From Spirochaetota bacterium (GTDB lineage: Bacteria > Spirochaetota > UBA4802 > UBA5550), in the NCBI GenBank assembly GCA_963664815.2, contig CAXXHB010000003.1, forward strand, positions 1,792,001 through 1,856,000: DNA of 64,000 bases, written 5' to 3'. Shown one piece after another: positions 10,159 to 20,745 of the stretch. The position numbers and the translations under genes were made by a program. The number at the start of each line of letters is the position of its first letter. Positions within the stretch are counted from its first letter, which is position 1. The notes under the pieces were generated by a model. That model was given only the letters and a program-made list of their open reading frames with translations, was not told where the DNA came from and ran no database searches.

Positions 10159-10700
10159 CGCCCCTATCCGCCCGATGGGCACCTTTCCCCATGGATGGGG
10201 AAAGGAGTGTAGGGAATGTTTACTGTAACCTCTCCCCCCATTTGTGGGGGGAGATGGCCGGCGGCCAGAGGGGGAGTGGCGGTTAATTGTGGCTGCTCTC
10301 CTGTACGGGAGTTTTCACGTGGTGTTATCCAGGTATTAACAAACAGGTGAAATCATCAATATAGCAGGTTACGCCCCTTCCCGCCCGATGGGCACCTTTC
10401 CCCAGGATGGGGCAAGGTGTGTAAGAAATGTTTACTGTTATTTCTCCACCCATTTATGGGGGGAGATGGCCGGCGGCCAGAGGGGGCGGTACGGTTCATT
10501 GTGGCTGCTCTCCTGTACGGGAGTTTTCACATGGTGTTATCCAGGTATGAACAAACAGGTGAAATCATCAATATAGCAGGTTACGCCCCTATCCGCCCGA
10601 TGGGCACCTTTCCCCATGGATGGGGCAAGGTGTGTAGGGAATGTTTACTGTTATTTCTCCACCCATTTAGGGGGGAGATGGCCGGCGGCCAGAAGGGGCG
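10159..10700. repeat. About 2.6 tandem copies of a 212-213 bp unit built on REP-like palindromes
   Basis: Units start 10159, 10372, 10584 with CGCCCCTWYCCGCCCGATGGGCACCTTTCCCC and contain GGGGGAGATGGCCGGCGGCCAGA. Confidence 0.9.
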
Positions 10701-10762
10701 GGCGCGATTTTTCGCAGTTGGTTTTGTAAAAAGAGATTAAATAAAGAGAGCGGCAGGAATAT

Positions 10763-11248
10763 ATGATACGTGAATTTAAACAGTCAGACATGGAGCAAGT
10801 GCTTACGATTTGGCTTGAAGCATCGATACTGGCTCATGATTTTATAGATAAAGAGTTCTGGGAATCGAAGGTCAATGACATGCGGGATATTTATATCCCT
10901 TCATCAGAGACATATGTATTCTGTACAGATGAAGCAGAGAGGGTATTGCAGTACGAAAACCCTCTCCCTGGGGAGAGGGTGCGCAGCCGCGCGGGTGAGG
11001 TCGTTAATGGTTTCATTTCGCTTGTTGACTATACAGTTGCGGCGCTCTTTGTTTCACCGGAATTACAGGGTAAAGGCATAGGGACTCAGCTGATAGATAA
11101 GGCAAAGTCAATCCGGGGCATCCTGGAACTTTGTGTTTATGAAAAGAACATGAAGAGTTTTGAGTTTTACAAAAAGTGCGATTTTTTCCCTGCCGGAGTG
11201 CAGGTTGATGAGAGGACGGGGGAAGCGGAGATTCTGATGAGGTTTTGA
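10763..11248 (+). CDS. GNAT N-acetyltransferase (YjaB/YiaC-like) with in-frame REP-derived insert
   Basis: LFVSPELQGKGIGTQLI acetyl-CoA motif, N..SFEFYKK. Confidence 0.85.
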   Translation: MIREFKQSDMEQVLTIWLEASILAHDFIDKEFWESKVNDMRDIYIPSSETYVFCTDEAERVLQYENPLPGERVRSRAGEVVNGFISLVDYTVAALFVSPELQGKGIGTQLIDKAKSIRGILELCVYEKNMKSFEFYKKCDFFPAGVQVDERTGEAEILMRF

Positions 11249-11436
11249 GGTTTATCAACAGATAGTTATACAGCAGATTATCCATGTTTCATTGAAAAAT
11301 AGATAATTATTAATGAATCTGGCAAAATAACGCTTTTCCCTTGACTTTATTGATTTTGTTATTAGAATATTGATACTTTTGAATATAAAATAAAAAGTCA
11401 TACAGGATGAGATAAGGATTGTGCATGGGCGTGAAT

Positions 11437-11601
11437 GCCCTCATCCCCCTGGCCCCCTTCTCCCATTTTGACGAATTGAAGAGGGCGAAGTGGTGAATAA
11501 TACGAAACCTGATGTTTAGCAGTAATAGTTCAGGATAAAGAACCCTCTCCCTCTTCTGAGCTTCAAATGGGAGAGGGTGGCCAGTAGGCCGGGTGAGGGC
11601 A
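11437..11601. repeat. REP/REPIN-like palindromic pair
   Basis: GCCCTCATCCCCCTGGCCCCCTTCTCCC ... ACCCTCTCCC...GGGAGAGGGTGGCCAGTAGGCCGGGTGAGGGC. Confidence 0.75.
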
Positions 11602-11657
11602 TGTTGATTACAGGCTTGAATACATTTATAAGAAATCATCAATAAACAGGTCAGTAT

Positions 11658-11999
11658 ATGAGTTATATTAAAAGAGCTATAAGTATACGCCAGCCATTTG
11701 TTGAAGCGATTCTTGATGGTAAAAAGACCATTGAGTACAGGTCAAGAAAAACCAATATCAGGGAACGTGTTTATATCTATGCCAGCCTTGGTAAAAGGGA
11801 CAAAGACGATTTTGATGAATATGGTTATGATCCGGATAAATGTCCGCGCGGTGCAATTGTAGGTTCAGTTGAGATTATTGATTGTACAGGCAGGGATGGT
11901 GATTACCAGATTCATTTAGCTAATCCGCAGAGGCTGGATACTTTTTTAAAGCCGGTTAATCAACCGCAGCCTATGTTCTGGATACCGCAGTTTGAGTGA
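11658..11999 (+). CDS. ASCH domain protein
   Basis: AISIRQPF..AILDGKKTIEYR, RGAIVGSVEI. Confidence 0.88.
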   Translation: MSYIKRAISIRQPFVEAILDGKKTIEYRSRKTNIRERVYIYASLGKRDKDDFDEYGYDPDKCPRGAIVGSVEIIDCTGRDGDYQIHLANPQRLDTFLKPVNQPQPMFWIPQFE

Positions 12000-12039
12000 T
12001 GGGTGTGGTGGCGCAGGAGTTATAACATAGACATTGAGC

Positions 12040-12234
12040 CGGGCATCTCGGTACACCGCCTTGTTGCAATTCATGAAACTAGGTGTGGTTCAAGCGGCAC
12101 TCGATGACCGGACTTGTAGTGAGAAGTACAGGTGTTGCATTTACTGGTTTTGATTAAGGCGGTCATCGAGTGACAGCGCGATTAAGTGAGGGCTATTGCT
12201 GTGAGTTTATTGCGCTGTTGTATCGAGATGCCCG
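12040..12234. repeat. Nested inverted repeat, MITE/REPIN-like
   Basis: CGGGCATCTCGGTACA / TGTATCGAGATGCCCG outer arms; CACTCGATGACCG / CGGTCATCGAGTG inner arms. Confidence 0.75.
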
Positions 12235-12287
12235 TATGTAGATGATGATATTGTTGTAAAGTGATGTTGTTGATTATAGGTAATTTT

Positions 12288-12508
12288 ACTGCGCAAAACG
12301 TTCAGATCCAGGTTCATATGTGAAATGCGCGTAAGAAGACGATAGGCAAAATGTCGCAAGCTCCATTTTGCCTATCGGAGGCGCGGGTTTCCCCGCGATA
12401 GTCTTCGGTGGCTTGCGCCACCTTCGCCTATCTGCGGGTAAACGAAATGCTTCCGTGCTTTGCACGTCGCACGATCGTTTAACCAGCGCCTTCGTTATGT
12501 GTAATGCC
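12288..12508 (+). other. attC-like site 1 (multi-hairpin, degenerate R'')
   Basis: Starts ACTGCGCAAAAC, several GC-rich hairpins, ends GTTATGTGTAATGCC. Confidence 0.55.
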
Positions 12509-13706
12509 CGTTTGAATGCCGGAGACATCGGTAACACAAAATTATTAACTATAAGAGGTATTATGAAACAAGTTGAAGAAATAAAAAATAGAATTGAGAC
12601 AGGCAATTCACTGTTGTTTTGTGGTGCAGGATTTTCAACAGGATGTAAAAACTTACTTAATTCATACCCTCTTGAAGCTAAAGAGTTATCCAAAAAAATA
12701 TGTGAATTAGGGCAATTCGATCAAGACGAAGATTTAATGTATTCATCAGATTACTTAATAAATAAAATTCCAAATAAAATCAATGATCTAATACAAATGT
12801 TAAAAAATCATTATACAATCAAAGAGGTTTCTGAAGGAGTTAAGGTAATATGTAGCTATAATTGGAGAAGGATATATACAACAAATTATGACAATTCAAT
12901 ATGTTTTTCTTTTAATCAACAAAACAAATATATAGATTGCTTAACTTTAGAAGATAATCCTCAAGAATTTTATAAGAATCATAATAATGTAATTCAAATA
13001 AATGGAAATATAACAAAATTAAATAAAGAAACTTTAAATAATAGCTTTAAGCTTACTCGATCATCATATGTTTCAACAAGCAGTTTTGAAAACTCAAATT
13101 GGTATTATCCATTTAAAAAAGATTTAGAAATTTGTAACGCTATTATCTTCATTGGTTATTCATTATATGACATAGAAATCGAAAAAATATTGTTTAATGG
13201 AAATTATAAAGAAAAAACATTTTTTATAACACATCCGGATATTTCGAGTAAAGCTAAGTATACATTAGAAAAATATGGAATAGTATTAACATCAGGCTTA
13301 GAGTTATTTGCAAATGAACTTAATTATTTCGATCCCTCATGTATTAATACTAATTTCCATTCTTTGCTTTGTCTAGATTTATATAAATCGCAAAACATTA
13401 ATAAGCCAATTGATGATTTGCAGATAAATAATTTTTTTCTGCATGGCGATTTAGAAACAAGCTATATTGATCATTTCATAACTGGTAATCCTGAAGCTCC
13501 CTATTTAATTATGAGAGATAAAGTAAATGAAATTTGTTCATCCTTAAAAAATAATCAAAGTATTGTTATATATTCTGATTTTGGAAATGGTAAAAGTCTT
13601 ATCCAGGATTTGATAAAATCAATTTTAACAATAGAAGGTCTTGATCTTCCCCTGATATAGTGGACATTAAGTTAAGCCGAAAATATAATAAATTTGGAGG
13701 CTTACA

Positions 13707-13997
13707 ATGTCAGAGAGAAGTAAATACAGCCCGGAATTTAAGAAAGAGGCTGTAGAATTATTAAGAACCAGCGGAAAGACATCACTTGAAATAGCGAATG
13801 ATCTTGGGATTAAAAGAGATAATCTATTGCGCTGGAATAGGGAAATTGAAACAGAGGAAAGGAATTCCGGGACAATAACAATAAATCCTCAGGATAGTGA
13901 AGAAATTAAACGACTCAAGAAGGAAATGTTGATTCTTAAGCAGGAGCGTGACATTCTAAAAAAGGCTCTGGGCATATTCTCGAAACCACAAGAATGA
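13707..13997 (+). CDS. IS3 transposase OrfA
   Basis: KYSPEFKKEAV HTH, ERDILKKA; A6G slippery run near 13958 with open -1 frame into OrfB. Confidence 0.92.
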   Translation: MSERSKYSPEFKKEAVELLRTSGKTSLEIANDLGIKRDNLLRWNREIETEERNSGTITINPQDSEEIKRLKKEMLILKQERDILKKALGIFSKPQE

Positions 13998-14863
13998 AAT
14001 ATGAATTCATCAAGGAACAGAGTACTGAATTTCCAGTATCGAGGATATGCCAGATTATGGATGTGAGTAAAAGCGGTTATTATGCCTGGCTGAAAGCTCC
14101 AAAGAGTATAAGAGGGCTTGAAAATGAAATACTATTGGAGAGGATAAAATCATCACATGAATCAAGCGGAGAGAGCTATGGCAGCCCCAGAATTCATCAG
14201 GATTTACTTGAAGAAGGTATTTTCTGCGGAATACATAGGGTTGAGAGGCTGATGAATGTGAATGGGATTCATGCAAAGACAAAGAAAAAATTTAAGGCAA
14301 CCACTGATTCGGGTCATTCTTTGCCAGTGTCTGAGAATATACTAGACAGGAATTTTACTGTTGAAGAGAAAGATAAAGTATATGTGTCAGATATAACCTA
14401 TATCTGGACATTAGAAGGCTGGCTGTATTTATGTATAGTAATGGATTTATTTTCCAGAATGATAGTCGGATGGTCAATGGCAAATCATATGAGAGCTGAA
14501 CTTGTTGAAGATGCTTTTAACATGGCCTGTATGAGAAGAAATCCGGGCCCTGGCCTGATATTCCATTCTGATAGAGGTAAACAATATGCCAGCAAATCCT
14601 TCAGGGAATTACTTGAATCAAAGAAATGTATTCAGAGTATGAGCAGGAATGGCAATTGCTGGGATAATGCCTGTGCTGAATCTTTATTTCATTCGATGAA
14701 AACAGAAGAATTTTATTTTAATATTTACAAAACAAGGAATGAGGCTAAGAGAAGTATCTTTAGATATATTGAAATATTTTATAACCGTAAAAGAAGGCAT
14801 TCACATCTGGGTTATAAAAGTCCGGAGATTTTTGAAAGATTAAATCTTAAAATAATGGCTTAA
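13994..14863 (+). CDS. IS3 transposase OrfB (DDE)
   Basis: YGSPRI, SDITY, FHSDRGKQY, CWDNACAES, YNRKRRHS; ATGA overlap with orfA. Confidence 0.94.
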   Translation: MKYEFIKEQSTEFPVSRICQIMDVSKSGYYAWLKAPKSIRGLENEILLERIKSSHESSGESYGSPRIHQDLLEEGIFCGIHRVERLMNVNGIHAKTKKKFKATTDSGHSLPVSENILDRNFTVEEKDKVYVSDITYIWTLEGWLYLCIVMDLFSRMIVGWSMANHMRAELVEDAFNMACMRRNPGPGLIFHSDRGKQYASKSFRELLESKKCIQSMSRNGNCWDNACAESLFHSMKTEEFYFNIYKTRNEAKRSIFRYIEIFYNRKRRHSHLGYKSPEIFERLNLKIMA

Positions 14864-16260
14864 CAAAGTGTCCATTTTTTCGGGGGAACATCATCTAAAT
14901 GTTTATTCAGTTAACTTGGATGATATAAAATGTTTTGAAAAAGATTTTGAAAGTATATTAGATAATACAAAACAATCTATTATTTGTATTGATGGATATT
15001 CAAAATATTTAGATATATTAGATTATATTTCGAAAGTTAAATCAGATAAAATTACTTTGTGTTTGACTGAAAGAACAAATAATCATCAACATTTCAGAAA
15101 TGAACTATCAGAAAAAATTGAATTTTATGAATATAATACTGATATATTAGTTAAAGATTCTGAAATCAGAAGATTAATTGAAATTATTGACAATTTGGGT
15201 TATTGGAAAGAAAAGATAAATTGGGGTATTGAAAGAAAGAAAAATTATATTCTTAATGATTGCAAAGGACAAATTTCAAATGTATTGCTTGACGTTTTTA
15301 ACTCGCCACAAATGCTCAACAAAACAAGAGAAATTTTAGAAGAGTTATTAAATCAAGATAGTTTTAAAAAAACAGTATTTGCTATTTGCTTGGTTGAAAT
15401 ACTTGGCTATCAATGTACAGATAGTTTAATATCTTCTATTGCAGGTAATAGCGAAATTTATAATCCGAATCTTACAAATTCACAAGCTTTTCGTGAAATA
15501 TTCCACTCGCATAAAGGTAAGTTATATACAAAGTCATCTCTATTCTCTTTGTTTCTTCTAAATAATATTTTTTCATCATCATATATCGTTGAGCAGCTTC
15601 TTGAAGTAGTTAGTCGGTATAACGTACAACGTTCAGATAGTTCAGAATCGAAGTTTATTTTTAAAGAACTTATTAGATTTTCATTTGTTCAAAGAATACT
15701 ACCGGAAAAAAATAAGAAGTCGGGTTTAGTTTCTTTTTATCAAAATTTAAAAGTAAAAGTAGAATGGTTAGCAAGAGATCCTCATTTTTGGCTGCAATAC
15801 GGAATGTCTGAATTAATGTTTAATAATTTTAAAAAAGCTCAAGAATATTTGGATAATGCATATGAGCTAATTAGAAACAGAAATGACAATTATACATATG
15901 ATTCTTCATATATAGATACTCAGCAGGCAAAGCTATATTTACTAAAAAGTCTTGAAGATCAAAATGGTGAAATAATTTTTGAATATTTCCAGAAAGCTCA
16001 TTCGCTTCTTGCACATTTGCAAAATGATCAATATAAATTTCGACAACTGCTTAATTATGTTGAAGTATATAAAACCAAATTCAACTTGTTATCAAAAACA
16101 CGAAAGAAAGATTTTATTCTTGCATGTAAGTATATTGTAGATCAAATTGAAAATCAAAATCCACATTCTATAGTGACTAATGACTATATTAAGATAAAAT
16201 GTTTATCTGAAATTAAAAAAATTATCATTCAGTCAGGAATATAATACGATTAAATCAATG

Positions 16261-16381
16261 GGCACTACACATAATAACAAAGCTCATGCGCTTCACTTCC
16301 TGGCGGTCGTTCGAGCTACGCGAAATCGTGGCGAAAAGACTACCGTGATTTCGCATCAATAAGACATTGTGCAAATGTGCC
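16261..16381 (+). other. attC-like site 2
   Basis: GGCACTACACATAATAAC-AAAGCTCATGCG...GCGAAATC/GATTTCGC stem...ACATTGTGC; shares a 22-nt motif with site 3. Confidence 0.65.
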
Positions 16382-16462
16382 GAGCATATTTTTTTCATGG
16401 GCGCTCGTCCTGTCTGCCCATTTGTGACGTAATATAATAGATTTCAAATTAGATAAATAACT

Positions 16463-18487
16463 ATGAAAAATTTAGAAAATAATAATCCAAACAAGCACAT
16501 AGAAGATTATCTCAATTTTTATTTCAAACTTTCTAAGCCTGACTTTGCTGTACTATTAACTGGTGAGTGGGGAAGTGGAAAAACTTGGTTTATAAACGAG
16601 GTAACAAAAAATTATTCAGCCACCCAAGGAAAAGAAAAAAATGATCTATTTCTTTTTATTAGTCTTTATGGGATGACTGATATATCTGAAATAGATCAAC
16701 AAATATTTGAAAAACTTCACCCTGTTATTAGTTCAAAACCTGTAAAATATTTAGGAAACATTATTAATGGTGCCCTTAAAATGGGTTTTAAATTAAATTT
16801 AGATTTAAACAAAGATGATAACGAAGAAAGTGAAATAGGCATAAATTCTGAGAGTTTAAGTTCAGTATTTAATTTATTTACAATAAAAACAGATAAGATA
16901 ATAATAATTGATGACATTGAACGATGCTTTATAAAACCTCAAAGACTTTTTGGATATATTAATACTTTCGTTGAACACCAAAGAGCTAATGTTGTTTTAA
17001 TATCTCATGAAGAAGAATTATTTGAAAAGAAAGATGAGAAAAATAATAAATTAGAAAACTCAAAACGATTTAAGGAAAAAACTATTGGTGCCACATTTAA
17101 AGTTGAATCTTGTGTAAATGAAGCTTTTAATTCATTTATTGACTTAATTGAAAGCAAAGAAAAAGATGTTCTAAATATACATAGTGACTTAATTCTTAAT
17201 GTCTATAACAGGCTTGACTATCATAATCTTCGTAATTTAAAACAAGCAATTCAAAACTTCCCATTCTTTTATAAACAATTTCCTGAAGGACTTCTTGATT
17301 ATAAATTGGAAAATTCATTGAGATATTTTATGAATGAAGAAAATAAGCATTATAGCTATATGGAAAGTACAATAGAAATGTATTTTTATCTTAAATTAGA
17401 AGGAAGCCAAGGATTAATAAATAATGAGAATTGGATAGAAGCAAAACAAATATTCAACAAGACTTATAATAATTACACAAAGCATCAACAAATTAAATCT
17501 AAAAATACAAACGATGACAATGATATACTGTTCCGTTCTATAATCAAACATGATCTTTTGGGGCTATACTGGTATAATGCAGTTATAGAAAATAAGAACT
17601 ACAGAGAAATTTTGGATGAAAAATTTTCAGAAATTAAAAAAGTTGATTCCGAAAAAGAACGCCCACTTTGGAAAATGCTTAATAATATTATAACTATGTC
17701 TGAAGAGGAAGTGAAAAGCAATTATGAAAATTTAAAACGTGATTTTGAAGAATTAAAATATACTCATCCAGGCGAAATCCTTCATATAGCAGGTTTATTT
17801 ATATTGATGTCAAATCATGGTATCATACCTTTGAAAAGTGACGAAATAAAATCTCTGGTTCTTGAAATAATACATTTATTAACACAGAAAAGTATTATTA
17901 AACATTATCAAAATTTTTATGGTCTTCGTGATTCATATGGCAGTTATATATTTTCAGCTAAAGATGATCCTGTTTTTAAAGAAATTTATGAATTAAATGA
18001 AGCAAACAATAAAATAGTAAGTGAGAATAGTAAAATTTTAAGTTTAAAAAAAGACTTAGAGCAGTTACCTAAGAATTTTACAGAGTTTTGCAATGAATTA
18101 AGATATATAAATTATAATGGTAAGTATTCTGATTTTTCAGCACTTACTTATATAGAGAATACTGACGATTTTTTTACTTTTTTAACTGATGTTCAATCTT
18201 TTAACCTATCGACTTTTCTAAGTTTTCTTATGGAACGCTACGAAATCAAATATGGAAATGGTATAATCCGCCCAATTTTCAAAGATGAATATATATTTCT
18301 TGTGAAGCTTAAGGAATTCATTGAGTCAAAAATATTATTAAAAAACCGGCTATATAATATTTCATCATTTAAGTTTGCTCAAGATATAGAAAATTTAAAT
18401 TTAATCATTACACGATTTCAAGAAACATTTATAGAATTAACAGATAATTATGAAGAAAAAGAAAAAGAATATTTTAATAAACGGTAA
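16463..18487 (+). CDS. KAP-family P-loop NTPase
   Basis: LTGEWGSGKT, FISLYG, IIIDDIERC, FKEKTIG, NLRNL; strongly AT-rich. Confidence 0.85.
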   Translation: MKNLENNNPNKHIEDYLNFYFKLSKPDFAVLLTGEWGSGKTWFINEVTKNYSATQGKEKNDLFLFISLYGMTDISEIDQQIFEKLHPVISSKPVKYLGNIINGALKMGFKLNLDLNKDDNEESEIGINSESLSSVFNLFTIKTDKIIIIDDIERCFIKPQRLFGYINTFVEHQRANVVLISHEEELFEKKDEKNNKLENSKRFKEKTIGATFKVESCVNEAFNSFIDLIESKEKDVLNIHSDLILNVYNRLDYHNLRNLKQAIQNFPFFYKQFPEGLLDYKLENSLRYFMNEENKHYSYMESTIEMYFYLKLEGSQGLINNENWIEAKQIFNKTYNNYTKHQQIKSKNTNDDNDILFRSIIKHDLLGLYWYNAVIENKNYREILDEKFSEIKKVDSEKERPLWKMLNNIITMSEEEVKSNYENLKRDFEELKYTHPGEILHIAGLFILMSNHGIIPLKSDEIKSLVLEIIHLLTQKSIIKHYQNFYGLRDSYGSYIFSAKDDPVFKEIYELNEANNKIVSENSKILSLKKDLEQLPKNFTEFCNELRYINYNGKYSDFSALTYIENTDDFFTFLTDVQSFNLSTFLSFLMERYEIKYGNGIIRPIFKDEYIFLVKLKEFIESKILLKNRLYNISSFKFAQDIENLNLIITRFQETFIELTDNYEEKEKEYFNKR

Positions 18488-18526
18488 AAAAAATTCATGT
18501 ATTTTACCGAATTAATGTGATATGGC

Positions 18527-18640
18527 GCACTACAATCGTACAACAAAGCTTATGCGCTTCACTCGCTTTGCTTGTACGGGCTAAGTCGTTTTCGATTTTG
18601 CGACCAAACGATACATAAGCAAAACATTAAAAAAATGGCA
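18527..18640 (+). other. attC-like site 3
   Basis: GTACAAC-AAA-GCTTATG ... CATAAGC-AAAAC-ATT; complementary L-box-like pair. Confidence 0.65.
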
Positions 18641-18686
18641 ATAATACCTAGACTGAACATCTGCCGAATAGAAGGATAAAAAAATA

Positions 18687-19211
18687 ATGCAGGGAATAGT
18701 ATTCAATGTAATAACAATTATTGTAGCAATTGCTGCGTTGATTATAAGCTTCATTTCTTTATATTATAGCATAAAAGTAGCCAGAGATGAAAGAGATTTC
18801 GAAACAAAGCTCGGCATAGTCAAAGAACTACAAAAAGCAAAGCTTGCTATCATGCAAATATATTCAAGTGATGGGGAACAAACTATCAATTTAAATCGAA
18901 AATATAAGGTACCTGAGTCGCTTGATATTACAACAACTTGGTGGGATGAAAAATCTAATAACCTTTTAGAATGGAATATGTTTACAATCTATGAACTTAA
19001 TGCTGCATATGAATCAATAAGGATGATAAAAAATAAAAAAGGGCAAAGTATAACTGGAACTGATCTGAAAAAAATAAACGATAATCTGGATTTAGTTTTT
19101 AAATATAATAGTAATTGGCTTATGTTTGGAGATGACCCCCAAAGCTATGACATATTCGTGAAGAATATTCAAAAAGGTCTCAAAGCATCAATGATAAAAA
19201 AACATATCTGA
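18687..19211 (+). CDS. Hypothetical protein with N-terminal TM helix (possible third cassette)
   Basis: AGGA RBS; hydrophobic N-terminus; follows attC-like site 3. Confidence 0.7.
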   Translation: MQGIVFNVITIIVAIAALIISFISLYYSIKVARDERDFETKLGIVKELQKAKLAIMQIYSSDGEQTINLNRKYKVPESLDITTTWWDEKSNNLLEWNMFTIYELNAAYESIRMIKNKKGQSITGTDLKKINDNLDLVFKYNSNWLMFGDDPQSYDIFVKNIQKGLKASMIKKHI

Positions 19212-19270
19212 ATATGAGATAATCTAAGAGGGATTATATAATAAATGACAATTATATATAGAGACCCCCA

Positions 19271-20745
19271 ATGTCCCTAATCCAATGCCCTGAATGCAAC
19301 AGCAGAATATCCGACAAAGCCGAGGCATGTCCTCATTGCGGTTTGCCTTCTACTTATTTCAAATCTATGCAGTCAAACGCCAGTTATGTTGCAGATTCAA
19401 ATATCTTCCCTGCTGTTAACATTTCAGATATAAAAGAAATCCTTCCCGGATTTATAAAAGATTATAAAAAAGTTTTCATTAAAGATAAATATATCACATC
19501 TCAGGAACAGAAGTTTCTCCTGGCCAGGTATGGCCAATGTTCAGATATTATTCCTGAAGCTGATCTATTTAAACTTATAGAAGATTTAACCACCGATCTT
19601 AAAATTGATATTGAAGATGTTAACAAATACCTCGATTGTCTGCTTAACCTAAAAGATTCAATCAGCAACCATAATGACAGATTCCTTGATTCAAAGCTTG
19701 TGGAACACAAAGATTATTTTGATACTATCCTTGCCCCCATTGATAAAACAATAACGCTTGATGACGAGCAGAGACGGGCGATCCTTATTGATGAATCTCA
19801 TTGTCTTATCATTGCCGGTGCTGGTGCCGGTAAAACCACCACAATGGCTGCAAAGGTTAAATACCTTATTGATAAGCAGAGGATCGATCCAAAGGATATA
19901 TTTGTCATATCATATACCAATAAAGCAATAGATGAACTGAAATACAGGATCAACAGACGTCTTAATCTTCCTGTTAAAATATCTACTTTTCACGCTTTCG
20001 GTTTTGAGATAATACGGGATGTAAAGCCTGTAATCCCGCAGGTCTCTTTCCAGGCATATGATATTATATATGATTATATTTATAAAAAGGTCTTTGATAA
20101 TAAAAGACTGCTTAAAAACCTGCTGCTTTTTTTAGGCTATTATTTTGATATCCCCCATGAAATGATGCAGTTCTCATCCCTGAAAGAGTATGCTATATAC
20201 AAGGGAAACCTTGATTATGAAACAATAAAAAGCAGGCTTGGCGAATATGTCTATGAAACAGCAAGTTCAAGGTCAGGGAAGAAGCGTACTATAACTGGAG
20301 AGTTTTTGAGATCAATCCAGGAAGTTCAAATAGCGAACTTCCTATACATGCACAGCATCGATTATGAATACGAGAAACCTTATCCCCATTCAATACCTGG
20401 CGCTAAAAAGAGTTATACCCCTGACTTTTACATCTGGCAGGATGATAAACAGGTATACCTTGAGCATTACGGCATATCAGAAAACTACCAGAGCGATATT
20501 TACGATAAACATCAGATAGATAAATATACAAGGGCTATTGTTGACAAAAGGAAACTGCATAGAGAAAACAATACGGTGCTGGTTGAAACATGGAGCAGGT
20601 ACAATGACGAACGTAAGTTACTTGGTCATCTACAGGAGATACTGGAAAATCACGGTTTTATTCTCAAAGAGAGGAACCACGAAGAGGTATACCGTAAACT
20701 GACCGAAACAGCACATGATAAATATGTGTATAGACTGGTAATGTT
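19271..20745 (+). pseudogene. UvrD/HelD-like helicase-nuclease, 5' part, interrupted by prophage
   Basis: CPEC..CPHCG zinc ribbon; AGAGAGKTT; TFHAFG; embedded PD-(D/E)xK-like domain (RSIQEVQIANFL, YTPDFYI, YLEHYG). Confidence 0.88.

Larger units (their letters stand above)
13642..14893 (+). mobile_element. IS3-family insertion sequence, 1252 bp, 3-bp TSD TCT
   Basis: IRs TGATCTTCCCCTGATATAGTGGACA / TGTCCATTTTTTCGGGGGAACATCA; TCT at 13639-41 and 14894-96. Confidence 0.95.
12563..16244 (+). pseudogene. SIR2-like + P-loop NTPase + TPR/helical protein (808 aa when restored), interrupted by IS3
   Basis: LFCGAGFS, YTTNYD, FIGYSL (SIR2); DFGNGKS Walker A; HFWLQYGM..KAQEYLDNAY TPR-like; removing the IS and one TCT restores frame (IEG-LNVYSV). 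Confidence 0.85.

Noticed and set aside
10159-10700. CRISPR array
   Set aside because: Units are ~212 bp with conserved rather than unique spacers; no cas genes
10388-10740. ORFs of 62 and 107 aa
   Set aside because: Translations of the tandem repeat; no RBS or domain signal
12368-12562. N-terminal extension of the SIR2 ORF in the ORF track
   Set aside because: Runs through the attC-like foldback; ATG 12563 with GAGG RBS is the likely start
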